Below the pieces are notes generated by a model. That model had not been told where the DNA came from, ran no database searches, and saw nothing but the letters and a program-made list of their open reading frames with translations. Below, piece by piece: positions 1-9,057 of a stretch of DNA of 64,000 nucleotides (within the stretch, counting starts at the first letter, position 1; the number at the start of each line of letters is the position of its first letter). The DNA comes from a virus, in IMG/VR virus record IMGVR_UViG_3300008261_003175, one strand, 5' to 3'. Both the position numbers and the translations under genes were made by a program.

Positions 1-246
1 AACGCGTCTATCACAAAACGCATATATAACAATCTGAAAATGTTGATAAGCAAAAATAAGCCTGTTGCTGGTTCTCCTGGTAGAGCTGATATGCCTCAAA
101 CAGATAAAGGTGGAGCTCCTACAGATAAATTAACACTGCTTCAAAAAGGAATGGTAAATTTCAAAGATCCAAAATCAGGTGACGTGAAAAAAGAATCTCT
201 TCAAGAAATCCGCAGAATGCAAAAATTATCAGGAATTAGAAAGTAG
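1..246 (+). CDS. 3' part of a hypothetical protein, probably head-associated (frame open from position 1)
   Basis: Frame 1 is open from base 1 to the TAG at 244-246; the C-terminus ESLQEIRRMQKLSGIRK resembles the scaffold C-terminus RWQKIAGIK. Confidence 0.6.
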   Translation, partial: NASITKRIYNNLKMLISKNKPVAGSPGRADMPQTDKGGAPTDKLTLLQKGMVNFKDPKSGDVKKESLQEIRRMQKLSGIRK

Positions 247-274
247 TAATAAACAAACTATCACATAATTGATG

Positions 275-304
275 GGGAGCTCATGGTAGCTCCCTTTCTT
301 TTTG
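275..304 (+). terminator. Rho-independent terminator
   Basis: GGGAGCT-catggt-AGCTCCC stem followed by TTTCTTTTTT, directly after the ORF stop. Confidence 0.8.
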
Positions 305-403
305 TCCTATGGTTACTATTAATGAGCTTTTTTGACAGAATGGGGACTAATGGGTGAGCTCCAAATGAGACAGGTAACTCATTGACAATCAACGCGTTGC
401 AAC

Positions 404-862
404 TTATTGGTTTTCATTGAGTTGCTTAACGTCCCGTCTGAACCATTTGCCTTGAATATTCTCATTGTACGAATCAGTAGACAGCACTTCGTATACCATT
501 TGATAGAACACTTCGTAGTACGATAATTGTTTTTTTGAGAAGCAAAATTCGATAATTTCTCTTTTGAACTTGTGTGGACCCAAAACTTTAACGTCTTCCA
601 AAAGAGGTTTACAACTGCCATAGTATTTATTCCAATCTGATTCTTTTACTACTTTGGTTTTGTTGGGAACTTTTCCTGGTTTCGACCAAGATTCTTTTTC
701 TTTGAGAGTAAGTTTCTTTGTGAGTAAGTTTCGTAGTATTTTCTTACCTATGTATATTTTTCCCGTGTCTATGTTATAGATCTTGTAAACGAATCCGATA
801 CAGTTTTCAGGAAAATCTTCTAGAGTCAAGTACTCTTGACCTTGATGCAACCAATTTGTCAT
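404..862 (-). CDS. GIY-YIG (Seg-like) endonuclease family protein
   Basis: GFVYKIYNIDTGKIYIGKK, YYGS, conserved E (YYEV) and YNENI motifs. Confidence 0.75.
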   Translation of the reverse strand: MTNWLHQGQEYLTLEDFPENCIGFVYKIYNIDTGKIYIGKKILRNLLTKKLTLKEKESWSKPGKVPNKTKVVKESDWNKYYGSCKPLLEDVKVLGPHKFKREIIEFCFSKKQLSYYEVFYQMVYEVLSTDSYNENIQGKWFRRDVKQLNENQ

Positions 863-881
863 AGCCTTTTATTATAAATAT

Positions 882-1709
882 CTATGTATCGTATCTAACT
901 ACGAAAGTCATATCTGTATTTGGAGGAATTGGATATGGCCTTGAAAGTTTACCTACAACAAGCAAATCATTTCTTTCGTTGTAAAGTCCAACGCATGTAG
1001 TGTATGGCCTAAAATCTGAGCCCGTTACGTTGTCCGAAAGAGATCCAGTTCCACCTATTTTTACAGCGCTAAGATTCTGAGTATAGTTGAAATCGTTCTC
1101 ACTTATGTGACACCTATGTTCTTTTTGATAGATCGTTGTCTCTGCTAAGAAAGATATTATTGAGATTTGAAAATCCTTGGGAATAGCAGATAAATTTTGA
1201 GAAGTGATTATTATCAAACCTTGAGAGTAGATAACATTCCCAGCTTTTTGATTATTAGAATCATATATATTGCCGTTTCCATCATCTGTATAGGTCTCGA
1301 AGGTCGCATCATCATTAATCGTCAAACTATTCCTAGAAATCTGTTCTCCAAAAACTATAGGAGGTATAGATATGACTTGTATAGTTGCGTTAGATTCAGT
1401 AGGAAAATATCGATTCTCGTAATCAGAAGACCCAGAAAAAGCCGTTGATTGTTGATTTGAATCCCAATAACTAGCAGAAAACAATAAAGATCCCGTCAAA
1501 TAGTTTTGATAGTATAATTGACGAATGGTTCTAAAATTAATAGTATCTTGTTTGACTGATCCTGTTATTGTGACAGGTCCATTAGATCCTGTAATAACAT
1601 TTATTCCATATGCGCTAAAGTCAGCAGCTTCTATACCTACTAGATATTTTAATTTTATAGGCGTAGTAGATATATCGGATGCCTTTAACGTATTATACGC
1701 TCTACTCAT
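882..1709 (-). CDS. Putative baseplate/tail structural protein (paralog of 1755-2783)
   Basis: C-terminal NYTxN...VGLYNERNDLLVVGKLSRP shared with the neighbouring ORF; baseplate operon context. Confidence 0.55.
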   Translation of the reverse strand: MSRAYNTLKASDISTTPIKLKYLVGIEAADFSAYGINVITGSNGPVTITGSVKQDTINFRTIRQLYYQNYLTGSLLFSASYWDSNQQSTAFSGSSDYENRYFPTESNATIQVISIPPIVFGEQISRNSLTINDDATFETYTDDGNGNIYDSNNQKAGNVIYSQGLIIITSQNLSAIPKDFQISIISFLAETTIYQKEHRCHISENDFNYTQNLSAVKIGGTGSLSDNVTGSDFRPYTTCVGLYNERNDLLVVGKLSRPYPIPPNTDMTFVVRYDT

Positions 1710-1754
1710 GATTTACAATTTTCTCTCGTTAATGAGACAATTAGAGATATTTTT

Positions 1755-2783
1755 TTACCAATCTAATTTTACTCTAATCAACGCTTCTTTGGTGAAATCT
1801 TTTACGAGAGGCTTAGAAAGTTTTGCCACCGCCAACAATTCGTTATTGTTGTTATACATACCAACAGTAGTCATATAAGTTTGTGGACTGTTTATATAAT
1901 TAGAGTATAACAAATCTCCCGAACCAGTTATGAAAGAAGGATTCGTTGTGTAATTGTATTCTGAGTTCTTTATTCTAACGAATACATAATCTGAAGATAT
2001 TGTCTCTTGAGAGCTTAACGTAAAGTTACTACCTGAAACTATTGTTTTATATACTTCTAAATTGTTGTAAGAGTTATTAGCTGAACTACCTACTGCTGTA
2101 GAAAATGCCATTCCCAATCCACCTTTATCTGTAGAAGCTCTCAATGCTGAAGGATTAAGCAAAATTAATCCAACATCAGGCAAAAACGTACCATAGGACC
2201 CAGTAAGAGTGTATCCTTTTCCAGGAGCTCCTGAGATTAGTGGGGAATTAGCTGCAGTTCCAAAAGTTCCAGAAACTATGTTATATGCTCTTCCGCAATC
2301 TAAATAAGTTACAACAGACGTGTCTAATGAATCGTCGGTTAACTTAAGAGTAGTGGATCCTGACGTAAGAGTCAAGTTGAAACTACCCGGAAACAGAGCT
2401 TCTTTATATCTATTACGATCCACAGCTATAGCTATAAGATCAGAAGAAGAAGTTACTGCTGCTCCAAATTCTACTCTAGATTCGTTATCTCCATATACTA
2501 TATTTCTGAATTGACCATAATTCGTTCTTGAAGGAGTATTTTGCGGAACTAAAGAATTTAATGGCACAGATCCTGTTCCATTTATATGACCGTATGCTAT
2601 ACAAAATTGAATAGCTGAATTACTGCCTGTTGGATTAGCATTATATACTGCTAAATAATAATCGTTGCTAACAGATGAAGTAAAAAAGGTTGATAGCCTT
2701 GGTATATTTGTACTCCATGCTGGAGCTGTTACAGCATCTGAAGATACTACGAAATCTGTTGCGTCTAATCTAGTATATGACAT
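1755..2783 (-). CDS. Putative baseplate/tail structural protein
   Basis: C-terminal NYTTN...VGMYNNNNELLAVAKLSKP; S/T/G-rich; operon context. Confidence 0.55.
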   Translation of the reverse strand: MSYTRLDATDFVVSSDAVTAPAWSTNIPRLSTFFTSSVSNDYYLAVYNANPTGSNSAIQFCIAYGHINGTGSVPLNSLVPQNTPSRTNYGQFRNIVYGDNESRVEFGAAVTSSSDLIAIAVDRNRYKEALFPGSFNLTLTSGSTTLKLTDDSLDTSVVTYLDCGRAYNIVSGTFGTAANSPLISGAPGKGYTLTGSYGTFLPDVGLILLNPSALRASTDKGGLGMAFSTAVGSSANNSYNNLEVYKTIVSGSNFTLSSQETISSDYVFVRIKNSEYNYTTNPSFITGSGDLLYSNYINSPQTYMTTVGMYNNNNELLAVAKLSKPLVKDFTKEALIRVKLDW

Positions 2784-2789
2784 AGTTTA

Positions 2790-3449
2790 TTATTGTGTTA
2801 CTTTTGTGATTTGTACTGGTATTGAAATTCTCGCTCCTGAATCTCTTCCTACTATTGTTAAAGTAGTGAATAAAGACGTATTTGTTCCAAATAAGGTGTT
2901 TACAGTCGTTGCAGACATGTTAACAGTAGTTCCTATTACTGTGGAGCTCACGTTTGTTCCAACTGTAGTGGTAGTATTTAGCGCAGAAGCTTCTGGTGTG
3001 TTTATACCCACTCCCGTAAATGTAGACATTGTTCTAACGTCTCCTATTGTAGCTACGTACCCAGATTGTTCGAAAGTAGTGGTAGCGCCTATATAATTTA
3101 GAGTTTGCGGAGTTACAGATATAGAAGAGCCTTGTTTGATTACTATATTGCTATAACCTACATCTATTACTGGTATTTTAGCGGTTCCTCTAGGAAGAGT
3201 TATAAGTTTAGATCTCATTATCTCTTGATCGTTCGGATAAGCTTGTAATACGGGCATATTTTCTATCGCTTCACCGTAGAAAGCCGATCCAGAAGGATGA
3301 TTTGGGTTATACAAACTATAATCTACCTCATCGTCAGATACGGAAAACTGAGTTATTTGAAAAGATCCATCGTTTCTAGCCAGTAATTCTCTACCTTTTT
3401 TGGTGAGAATTGCGTCTACGACTACGGAAGTGTTACTTAAATAAGACAT
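2790..3449 (-). CDS. Putative virion structural protein
   Basis: DAILTKKGRELLA...FSVSDDEVDYSLY N-terminus; T/S-rich beta character; own upstream ATATTTAT motif. Confidence 0.55.
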   Translation of the reverse strand: MSYLSNTSVVVDAILTKKGRELLARNDGSFQITQFSVSDDEVDYSLYNPNHPSGSAFYGEAIENMPVLQAYPNDQEIMRSKLITLPRGTAKIPVIDVGYSNIVIKQGSSISVTPQTLNYIGATTTFEQSGYVATIGDVRTMSTFTGVGINTPEASALNTTTTVGTNVSSTVIGTTVNMSATTVNTLFGTNTSLFTTLTIVGRDSGARISIPVQITKVTQ

Positions 3450-3507
3450 AATTGTATTCTATTTTATTATAAATATTAGTTTTTAAAAAATTAATTCGTT
3501 ATATATT

Positions 3508-4218
3508 TTATTGCTGAGATAATAGCTGAGTTTGAACATTAGATTGAATGGTTGATATTTTATCCAATACATCTAAAGTGATGTCTTCAGGTATGGTAAA
3601 CCCGTAGCCTGTATATCCAAATTTTATATCCAATGGAATTATTATATTTTGCTCATCTTGTAATTTTTTTACTATTAGCAATTCGCTAATTTGATCTGGA
3701 TTATTTTGAAAATACACATCTAAATCTGGATTAACCGTTATTTGTAGAACGTTAGCGATATTAGAAACAGTTCGAATAGTTAATATTTGAACGCGACCAT
3801 CGTAAGATTTTATAACTATTTTATCGTTAAACTTTGGAGAGAACGCTTGAGTGATATTTCCATACGTTGTATATAGACTATTTTGAAATTCAGGAGTTGC
3901 GTCTGGAGATATTGCATAAAACGGAATTTGTCGATAATCGTCTGTAAAAGAACTAAGAATTGTATTGAATACAAGAACGTTTGGAGGTTGTACAGAATAA
4001 ACAAAATTTCCGTAATCAGCGCTTGAAGTTGCGTAAGGATAACCACCGATACTAACTGGTTGTATATCTACTGTTAAACTGCCAGTGCTAACTGATCCTG
4101 TCCAATTTCCACTCGTAGGTTGATACTCACTCACGAACTCAAAAGTAAATTCATCCCCCGCGTAACAGTTACTAAGCGTAGTTGAAATAGAGTATTTTAA
4201 TGATCCTGATGTTGCCAT
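3508..4218 (-). CDS. Putative baseplate protein; possibly the detached C-terminal part of 5129-8719
   Basis: N-terminus SGSLKYSISTTLSNCYAGDEFTFEF resembles the final strands of a C1q/TNF-like sandwich. Confidence 0.45.
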   Translation of the reverse strand: MATSGSLKYSISTTLSNCYAGDEFTFEFVSEYQPTSGNWTGSVSTGSLTVDIQPVSIGGYPYATSSADYGNFVYSVQPPNVLVFNTILSSFTDDYRQIPFYAISPDATPEFQNSLYTTYGNITQAFSPKFNDKIVIKSYDGRVQILTIRTVSNIANVLQITVNPDLDVYFQNNPDQISELLIVKKLQDEQNIIIPLDIKFGYTGYGFTIPEDITLDVLDKISTIQSNVQTQLLSQQ

Positions 4219-4222
4219 GTTG

Positions 4223-5110
4223 TTAATTAAATATATTAATACTTTCGATTACTATTTCTTCTAAATTTCTATTAATTATGATGTCTCCTATAAGTAATTC
4301 CTCAGACGTTATATTACTCCATTCGTTGTTTCTTTTTATTACGTGTTTATGAGAATCAGAACATCTAATCAATCCATTGTTAAGTAAATAAAGTTTGTCT
4401 ACTTCATGGAAACTTTTAGATGTTATTATAGATTCTTCGTATTGCATTGTTTCAGGATCTATAGAAAGTAGACTATCTCCAATATTTACGTCTTTTAAAA
4501 ATATATTTTTTCCATCATATAGTTCTATTAAAGTATCGGGTGTTAAACAATTTTTCTGCAAACTTCCATTCTTAAATGAATACTCTCCGTATGGAAATCT
4601 ATTTGTAGCTGATCTGCCCGTTGCATCTGTTGCTGTCATTACAGCTTGCCAATAAAAAGTTCCATCAGATGTATTAAATAGTGTTTGTACAGAAAATGAT
4701 ATCGGATTATTTGCTTGCCAACCAAAAAACGACGGCTGGTACGTCATTGCGCCTTGAGTACTTATACCTAAAGTGTTGTTATATGTAAGTCTTCCATTTT
4801 GGAATTGTAATTTTACCATCGGATATGCTTGAGTACCCGCGCACCTAGCACCGCCATCTGCGAACTCAAAATAATTTTCGTTTGTATTAGACGATACTAT
4901 TATTTGTATGGGTAAACTTGGCACGTAACTACTTTGATAAAATATTTTAGGTTTTACAGTACCGCCAAAATTTTCAATAGTTCTAGAAGAATAGCTAGTT
5001 CCAATCGGACATTCGATCGTGTCAGGATTTTTAACGTAGTTGTGAGTTAATACTCCATTGGCTATATATCTTTGCGTTGTCGTAGATATATTTATTACTT
5101 TATATTTCAT
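4223..5110 (-). CDS. Circularly permuted Hint/intein protein: IntC (aa1-24), payload (aa25-187), IntN (aa188-295)
   Basis: N-terminal KVINISTTTQRYIANGVLTHN (blocks F/G); C-terminal CLTPDTLIELYDG (block A), IRCSDSHKH (block B), ELLIGD, then IESINIFN-stop. Confidence 0.85.
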   Translation of the reverse strand: MKYKVINISTTTQRYIANGVLTHNYVKNPDTIECPIGTSYSSRTIENFGGTVKPKIFYQSSYVPSLPIQIIVSSNTNENYFEFADGGARCAGTQAYPMVKLQFQNGRLTYNNTLGISTQGAMTYQPSFFGWQANNPISFSVQTLFNTSDGTFYWQAVMTATDATGRSATNRFPYGEYSFKNGSLQKNCLTPDTLIELYDGKNIFLKDVNIGDSLLSIDPETMQYEESIITSKSFHEVDKLYLLNNGLIRCSDSHKHVIKRNNEWSNITSEELLIGDIIINRNLEEIVIESINIFN

Positions 5111-5128
5111 TTTTTGTAATAATTTTTT

Positions 5129-8100
5129 TTATATTCCGTAAGGCTCTCCAAAAGTGATATAGTAAGAATTTCCTGGATAATTTCCTCCTGATCCGCCACC
5201 TGTTCCATCTGCATTAAATATATAACTTTGAGAAGCCGCAATAGTTCCATTTCTTTTAATTAACATGGTAAATGATCCGCTTTCTGCATCATTAGACGCT
5301 GTCAAATTCAAATCAAATCTTAAATTAATAACATAATTACCAGCATTTCTAACTAAATAATTTGTATAATCTAAAGAACCTGTATCCCCAGCTGAGTGAG
5401 CGCCTGATTGATCAATTACTTCTACATCAAATAGATTGTATATTGAACCAGTCATACCAGATCCAGAAGGAATAAGAGGGTATCTCAGATTTGTAGATCC
5501 AGAAACATAATTATCAGGAAACGGATTATTTCTTGCTAATACGTATGAATTGCTTGTTCCTAAATAAGAAAAATAAACTCTTTTATCGTTTGCCGCATTA
5601 AAATAAAGCATTGGAGTGTAACTATATCCGCTTTCATAAATGGTGTGAACTGCATTGATAGACGGCTGTTCGTTATCGAAAAAGTTGTTTTTACTATCGA
5701 ATTGTTTTACAGTTAAAGTTTTACCTGCTTTAAAAGTGTTTTGAACTTCGAACCAATTGTTGTTTGATTGATTCAATTCATTAATTCCGCTGACTCTATC
5801 AACCAAGTAAACCATTGTAACATCAGTATACCCAGGAAAAAATATATTAGATTTTATTTGAGAAAATAGACCCAACTTCTGAGTTCTAAGATCTATAACT
5901 GGGAATTTTCCGTACGATTTATCTCCCGCATATCCAAAAGACGCTGTTGTGTATATATTATATTGTCTACCTTCTAATTTAGATCCAAAATATCTCGGTA
6001 TAGTGCTTCTTTGAGAAAAATAATTAAAATCCTGTAATTGCGCGTAAGGATTATTTTTGTTAGTGTATGTATTGAAATTATCTGATACCGAATTATCTAT
6101 TGATTGGGTTATTAATCCAAAATTAACTGGTACAATCGAATTATACGAATAATCTAAATCTAAATATTTTGTAGATCTAACAGAAGCTGTTACGTTATTT
6201 ATAAGAGTATCTAAATAAACGACACTAGATGTCAGAGCATTGCTTGATTTTTCCGTTTGGTTTCCTAAACTAGTCAAACTAGTTGCAACAACTTGTGTGC
6301 CCATATATTCTCCCGTAAATTTCTCGACTCCAAAAGATTGAGTTACTGATATGTAACCTATCGAAGACGGTACATCTTGGTAAACGGTAGTGTCAGCAGA
6401 ATAACTTGTGGCCGCGAAAGCTGAAATTGTTCCTATATCTATAGATTCAGAATAGTTAGCAAACGCAATTTCAGGCTCGTGACGAGCATACTTACTTCTC
6501 TCTAATATATGTGGCTTTATAACAATTCCAGTAGAAACGTTAGATCTTGCTGGCACAAAATCTTTTACCATTTTGAATAAAGAATTATTATAATACTTTA
6601 TTAATCTGATGTATTCCCATATAGAATGGGAGTAGTTATAAGTGCTAAAATAATTATTTCTATAATTGTCTAAACTGTTATACGATGCTGAATAAAGATT
6701 TTTTGGATCTCCTATATATTGATCAATGTTAAAAACGTTTGCTAATGAAGACGATAGGTTGCTATTAATTTTGTCTGAAGGAGAAAATCCTATTTCTAAG
6801 TTATAACTGCTTAATCTATTTAAATCGTTGTATTTTTGTATAGTTGTATACGGACTTAAAATAGATTCAGATAGATATAGAGCTGAGCTTTGACTAACTA
6901 TCGATATTTTATCATTATTTATAGAATCTATGCCTGAAACAGAATTTCTATTGTATCCTCCAAATTCATTTACAGTTAATATGCTATTGGGTATTCCATA
7001 ACATGCTATTAGAGCTTTTATGCCCCTTTGTGTGCCTCTAGTTTTTAATAAGTAGGGTAAATTATGATATATGCGTTTGTATACCTCTTTTTGCACTTGA
7101 TCGTAAGGAAGTATATAAGGTCTTCCTGATCCCGAAATGCTCGAAGTCACATACGTAGTAATCTTTTCAGAACCTGTAGGAGGCAACAGGGAATTTTGAT
7201 TATTTGTGCCGAATAAAGAATAGTATACGTCGTTAGATAGATTTGTATTGGTGTATAATTCTATACCAAATCCCTTTAAAGCATCGGATACAAGATCTAA
7301 AGATATTCCTTCGTAAGGATTATTTGAAGCATTGTATCTATTTGTGATGTCTTTATAATATATCCATATATTATCGAAATATTGACCAATCATGTCAATA
7401 AACGTTATATATGATTCATTGCTATTATCGTCTCTTAGATATTGAGGTATAGACAATCTTAGTATGTCTTTATTAGTGCTATCGTAAAAAGATGCAGAGA
7501 ATAAAACAGATGCTGTAGTTGCATTAGGCGTAGTTGTCGGCGATCCTAACCAAGAAATAGCTTTAGAAGACGTAACAGAGTGTAGAGAGTAGGGTTTTGT
7601 GCTAGTAGATTTAGGCCAAGCAAAAGATTCAGATTCGTAGTATAAATAATATTCGTACGGATCAAATTTTTCTATTACGTTAGAAATATACGTATTTAGT
7701 AAATTTACAGACGAAGTCACTGTTGCTTGATTAGCTGTTCCAACAACAAGACTTTGAGAATATATTTGCTTGTTATAATCTTCTATTAATCCAAGTTTAT
7801 ATACAAAATTATTTACTCTCTCCTCAGCGCTTGAAAAGTGAATAAAATTATCAAAACTTGAATAATCTACATTTATTGATAGTGCTTTATCTTCGTAGTA
7901 AGACATTAGTTGTCTAATTGACGAAGTTAAATTTGAAGAAAATAATGTATTGTACGAATAATATTGAGTAGTTTGTCCAATTGATTGTTTATCTTTCACA
8001 TTATAGTTTGGGCCTCTTAATTTAAAAGAGGTATCAACTGCTACTGATTCTACCTGTATATCAACTTTGTAACTAACAGAATTTCCTAATTTTTCAACAA

Positions 8101-8719
8101 TTGATAATTGACTTTTTAATTCAATATCAATAGGAAGAGGTTCATATAATTTTATTAGAAGATAACTATTACCATCGGACTCTGTTATTACAATGGCATT
8201 GACTGCTATGATTAAATTATTTCTACCAAAATTCAAATAAAAATCAGGATAGTAGTTTTTTTGGCTTATATAATTTTCAAATTCATCGAAACCTGCTACG
8301 ATAGATGTACTAGAAAGATCTTGAGATGCTAATTTTAATTCTAATCTAGAATTAGAAATTTCTTTAATAAAATATTGAAAAGTGACCGAATCTGATCCAA
8401 ATAGATTTTTTAAAAAATTATATTGTATATTGATAACACCTCTATTATATCCCATCGATTTTACATCTGCCTCAGGATCAATCAATACTCTACTGTATCT
8501 ATTTCCTACAATATTCGATGTTGGATCTAGTGAATATGGAGCGTTATATCTATAATCTAATAAAAAATTAGAATCGTCCGTGATGAAATACTCTACTGTG
8601 TCAACTCCGTCTTCAAATGTATTATTGATATTGTTATTAGTGATTAATTGTAAATCTCTAGTACTGTATCTCTGAATCTCAGATCCGAATCCGGTGTATG
8701 ATATGTTAACAATTTCCAT
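5129..8719 (-). CDS. Large baseplate wedge-associated structural protein
   Basis: 1196 aa; FIDMIGQYFD and LLKTRGTQRGIKALIACYG (P2 gpI / T4 gp7-like segment), MVKDFVPAR; downstream of the gp6-like gene. Confidence 0.6.
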   Translation of the reverse strand: MEIVNISYTGFGSEIQRYSTRDLQLITNNNINNTFEDGVDTVEYFITDDSNFLLDYRYNAPYSLDPTSNIVGNRYSRVLIDPEADVKSMGYNRGVINIQYNFLKNLFGSDSVTFQYFIKEISNSRLELKLASQDLSSTSIVAGFDEFENYISQKNYYPDFYLNFGRNNLIIAVNAIVITESDGNSYLLIKLYEPLPIDIELKSQLSIVEKLGNSVSYKVDIQVESVAVDTSFKLRGPNYNVKDKQSIGQTTQYYSYNTLFSSNLTSSIRQLMSYYEDKALSINVDYSSFDNFIHFSSAEERVNNFVYKLGLIEDYNKQIYSQSLVVGTANQATVTSSVNLLNTYISNVIEKFDPYEYYLYYESESFAWPKSTSTKPYSLHSVTSSKAISWLGSPTTTPNATTASVLFSASFYDSTNKDILRLSIPQYLRDDNSNESYITFIDMIGQYFDNIWIYYKDITNRYNASNNPYEGISLDLVSDALKGFGIELYTNTNLSNDVYYSLFGTNNQNSLLPPTGSEKITTYVTSSISGSGRPYILPYDQVQKEVYKRIYHNLPYLLKTRGTQRGIKALIACYGIPNSILTVNEFGGYNRNSVSGIDSINNDKISIVSQSSALYLSESILSPYTTIQKYNDLNRLSSYNLEIGFSPSDKINSNLSSSLANVFNIDQYIGDPKNLYSASYNSLDNYRNNYFSTYNYSHSIWEYIRLIKYYNNSLFKMVKDFVPARSNVSTGIVIKPHILERSKYARHEPEIAFANYSESIDIGTISAFAATSYSADTTVYQDVPSSIGYISVTQSFGVEKFTGEYMGTQVVATSLTSLGNQTEKSSNALTSSVVYLDTLINNVTASVRSTKYLDLDYSYNSIVPVNFGLITQSIDNSVSDNFNTYTNKNNPYAQLQDFNYFSQRSTIPRYFGSKLEGRQYNIYTTASFGYAGDKSYGKFPVIDLRTQKLGLFSQIKSNIFFPGYTDVTMVYLVDRVSGINELNQSNNNWFEVQNTFKAGKTLTVKQFDSKNNFFDNEQPSINAVHTIYESGYSYTPMLYFNAANDKRVYFSYLGTSNSYVLARNNPFPDNYVSGSTNLRYPLIPSGSGMTGSIYNLFDVEVIDQSGAHSAGDTGSLDYTNYLVRNAGNYVINLRFDLNLTASNDAESGSFTMLIKRNGTIAASQSYIFNADGTGGGSGGNYPGNSYYITFGEPYGI

Positions 8720-8721
8720 TA

Positions 8722-9057
8722 TTATTGTAGCTGACTAATGTTTAAATATGTTTGAGATAGATCAACAATTTGTTGTCTAAGCGAGTTTATCTCTTCAATT
8801 AAAGCGGCTTTTTCTTGATCTATTACTAATGATCCTATATATTGTTGACTTCTTTCAATTAAGCTTTCATGAGAGTTTTCTCCTGATATTGGAATATCAT
8901 AAAATAATGTTTCATACAATGAAAAAAAATCAGATACAGTAGGAGTAGTATCAGGAATATCAGTAGGTTGTGTAAATAACTCCCTAAATTCCGTATCAAC
9001 TACATTTTCGTAAGTATTTACGCCTTTTATATTTTTAATAATATCTACTTTTATCAT
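8722..9057 (-). CDS. Hypothetical protein with C-terminal coiled coil
   Basis: Tightly packed in the baseplate operon. Confidence 0.55.
   Translation of the reverse strand: MIKVDIIKNIKGVNTYENVVDTEFRELFTQPTDIPDTTPTVSDFFSLYETLFYDIPISGENSHESLIERSQQYIGSLVIDQEKAALIEEINSLRQQIVDLSQTYLNISQLQ

Noticed and set aside
4226-5223. ATATATTTAAT direct repeat flanking the Hint cassette as a target-site duplication
   Set aside because: An all-AT 11-mer likely by chance; excision between the copies would leave an immediate stop codon
3508-8719. Three-way protein trans-splicing joining the 1196-, 295- and 236-aa proteins
   Set aside because: The flanking ORFs carry no intein halves (no IntN at the 1196-aa C-terminus, no IntC at the 236-aa N-terminus)
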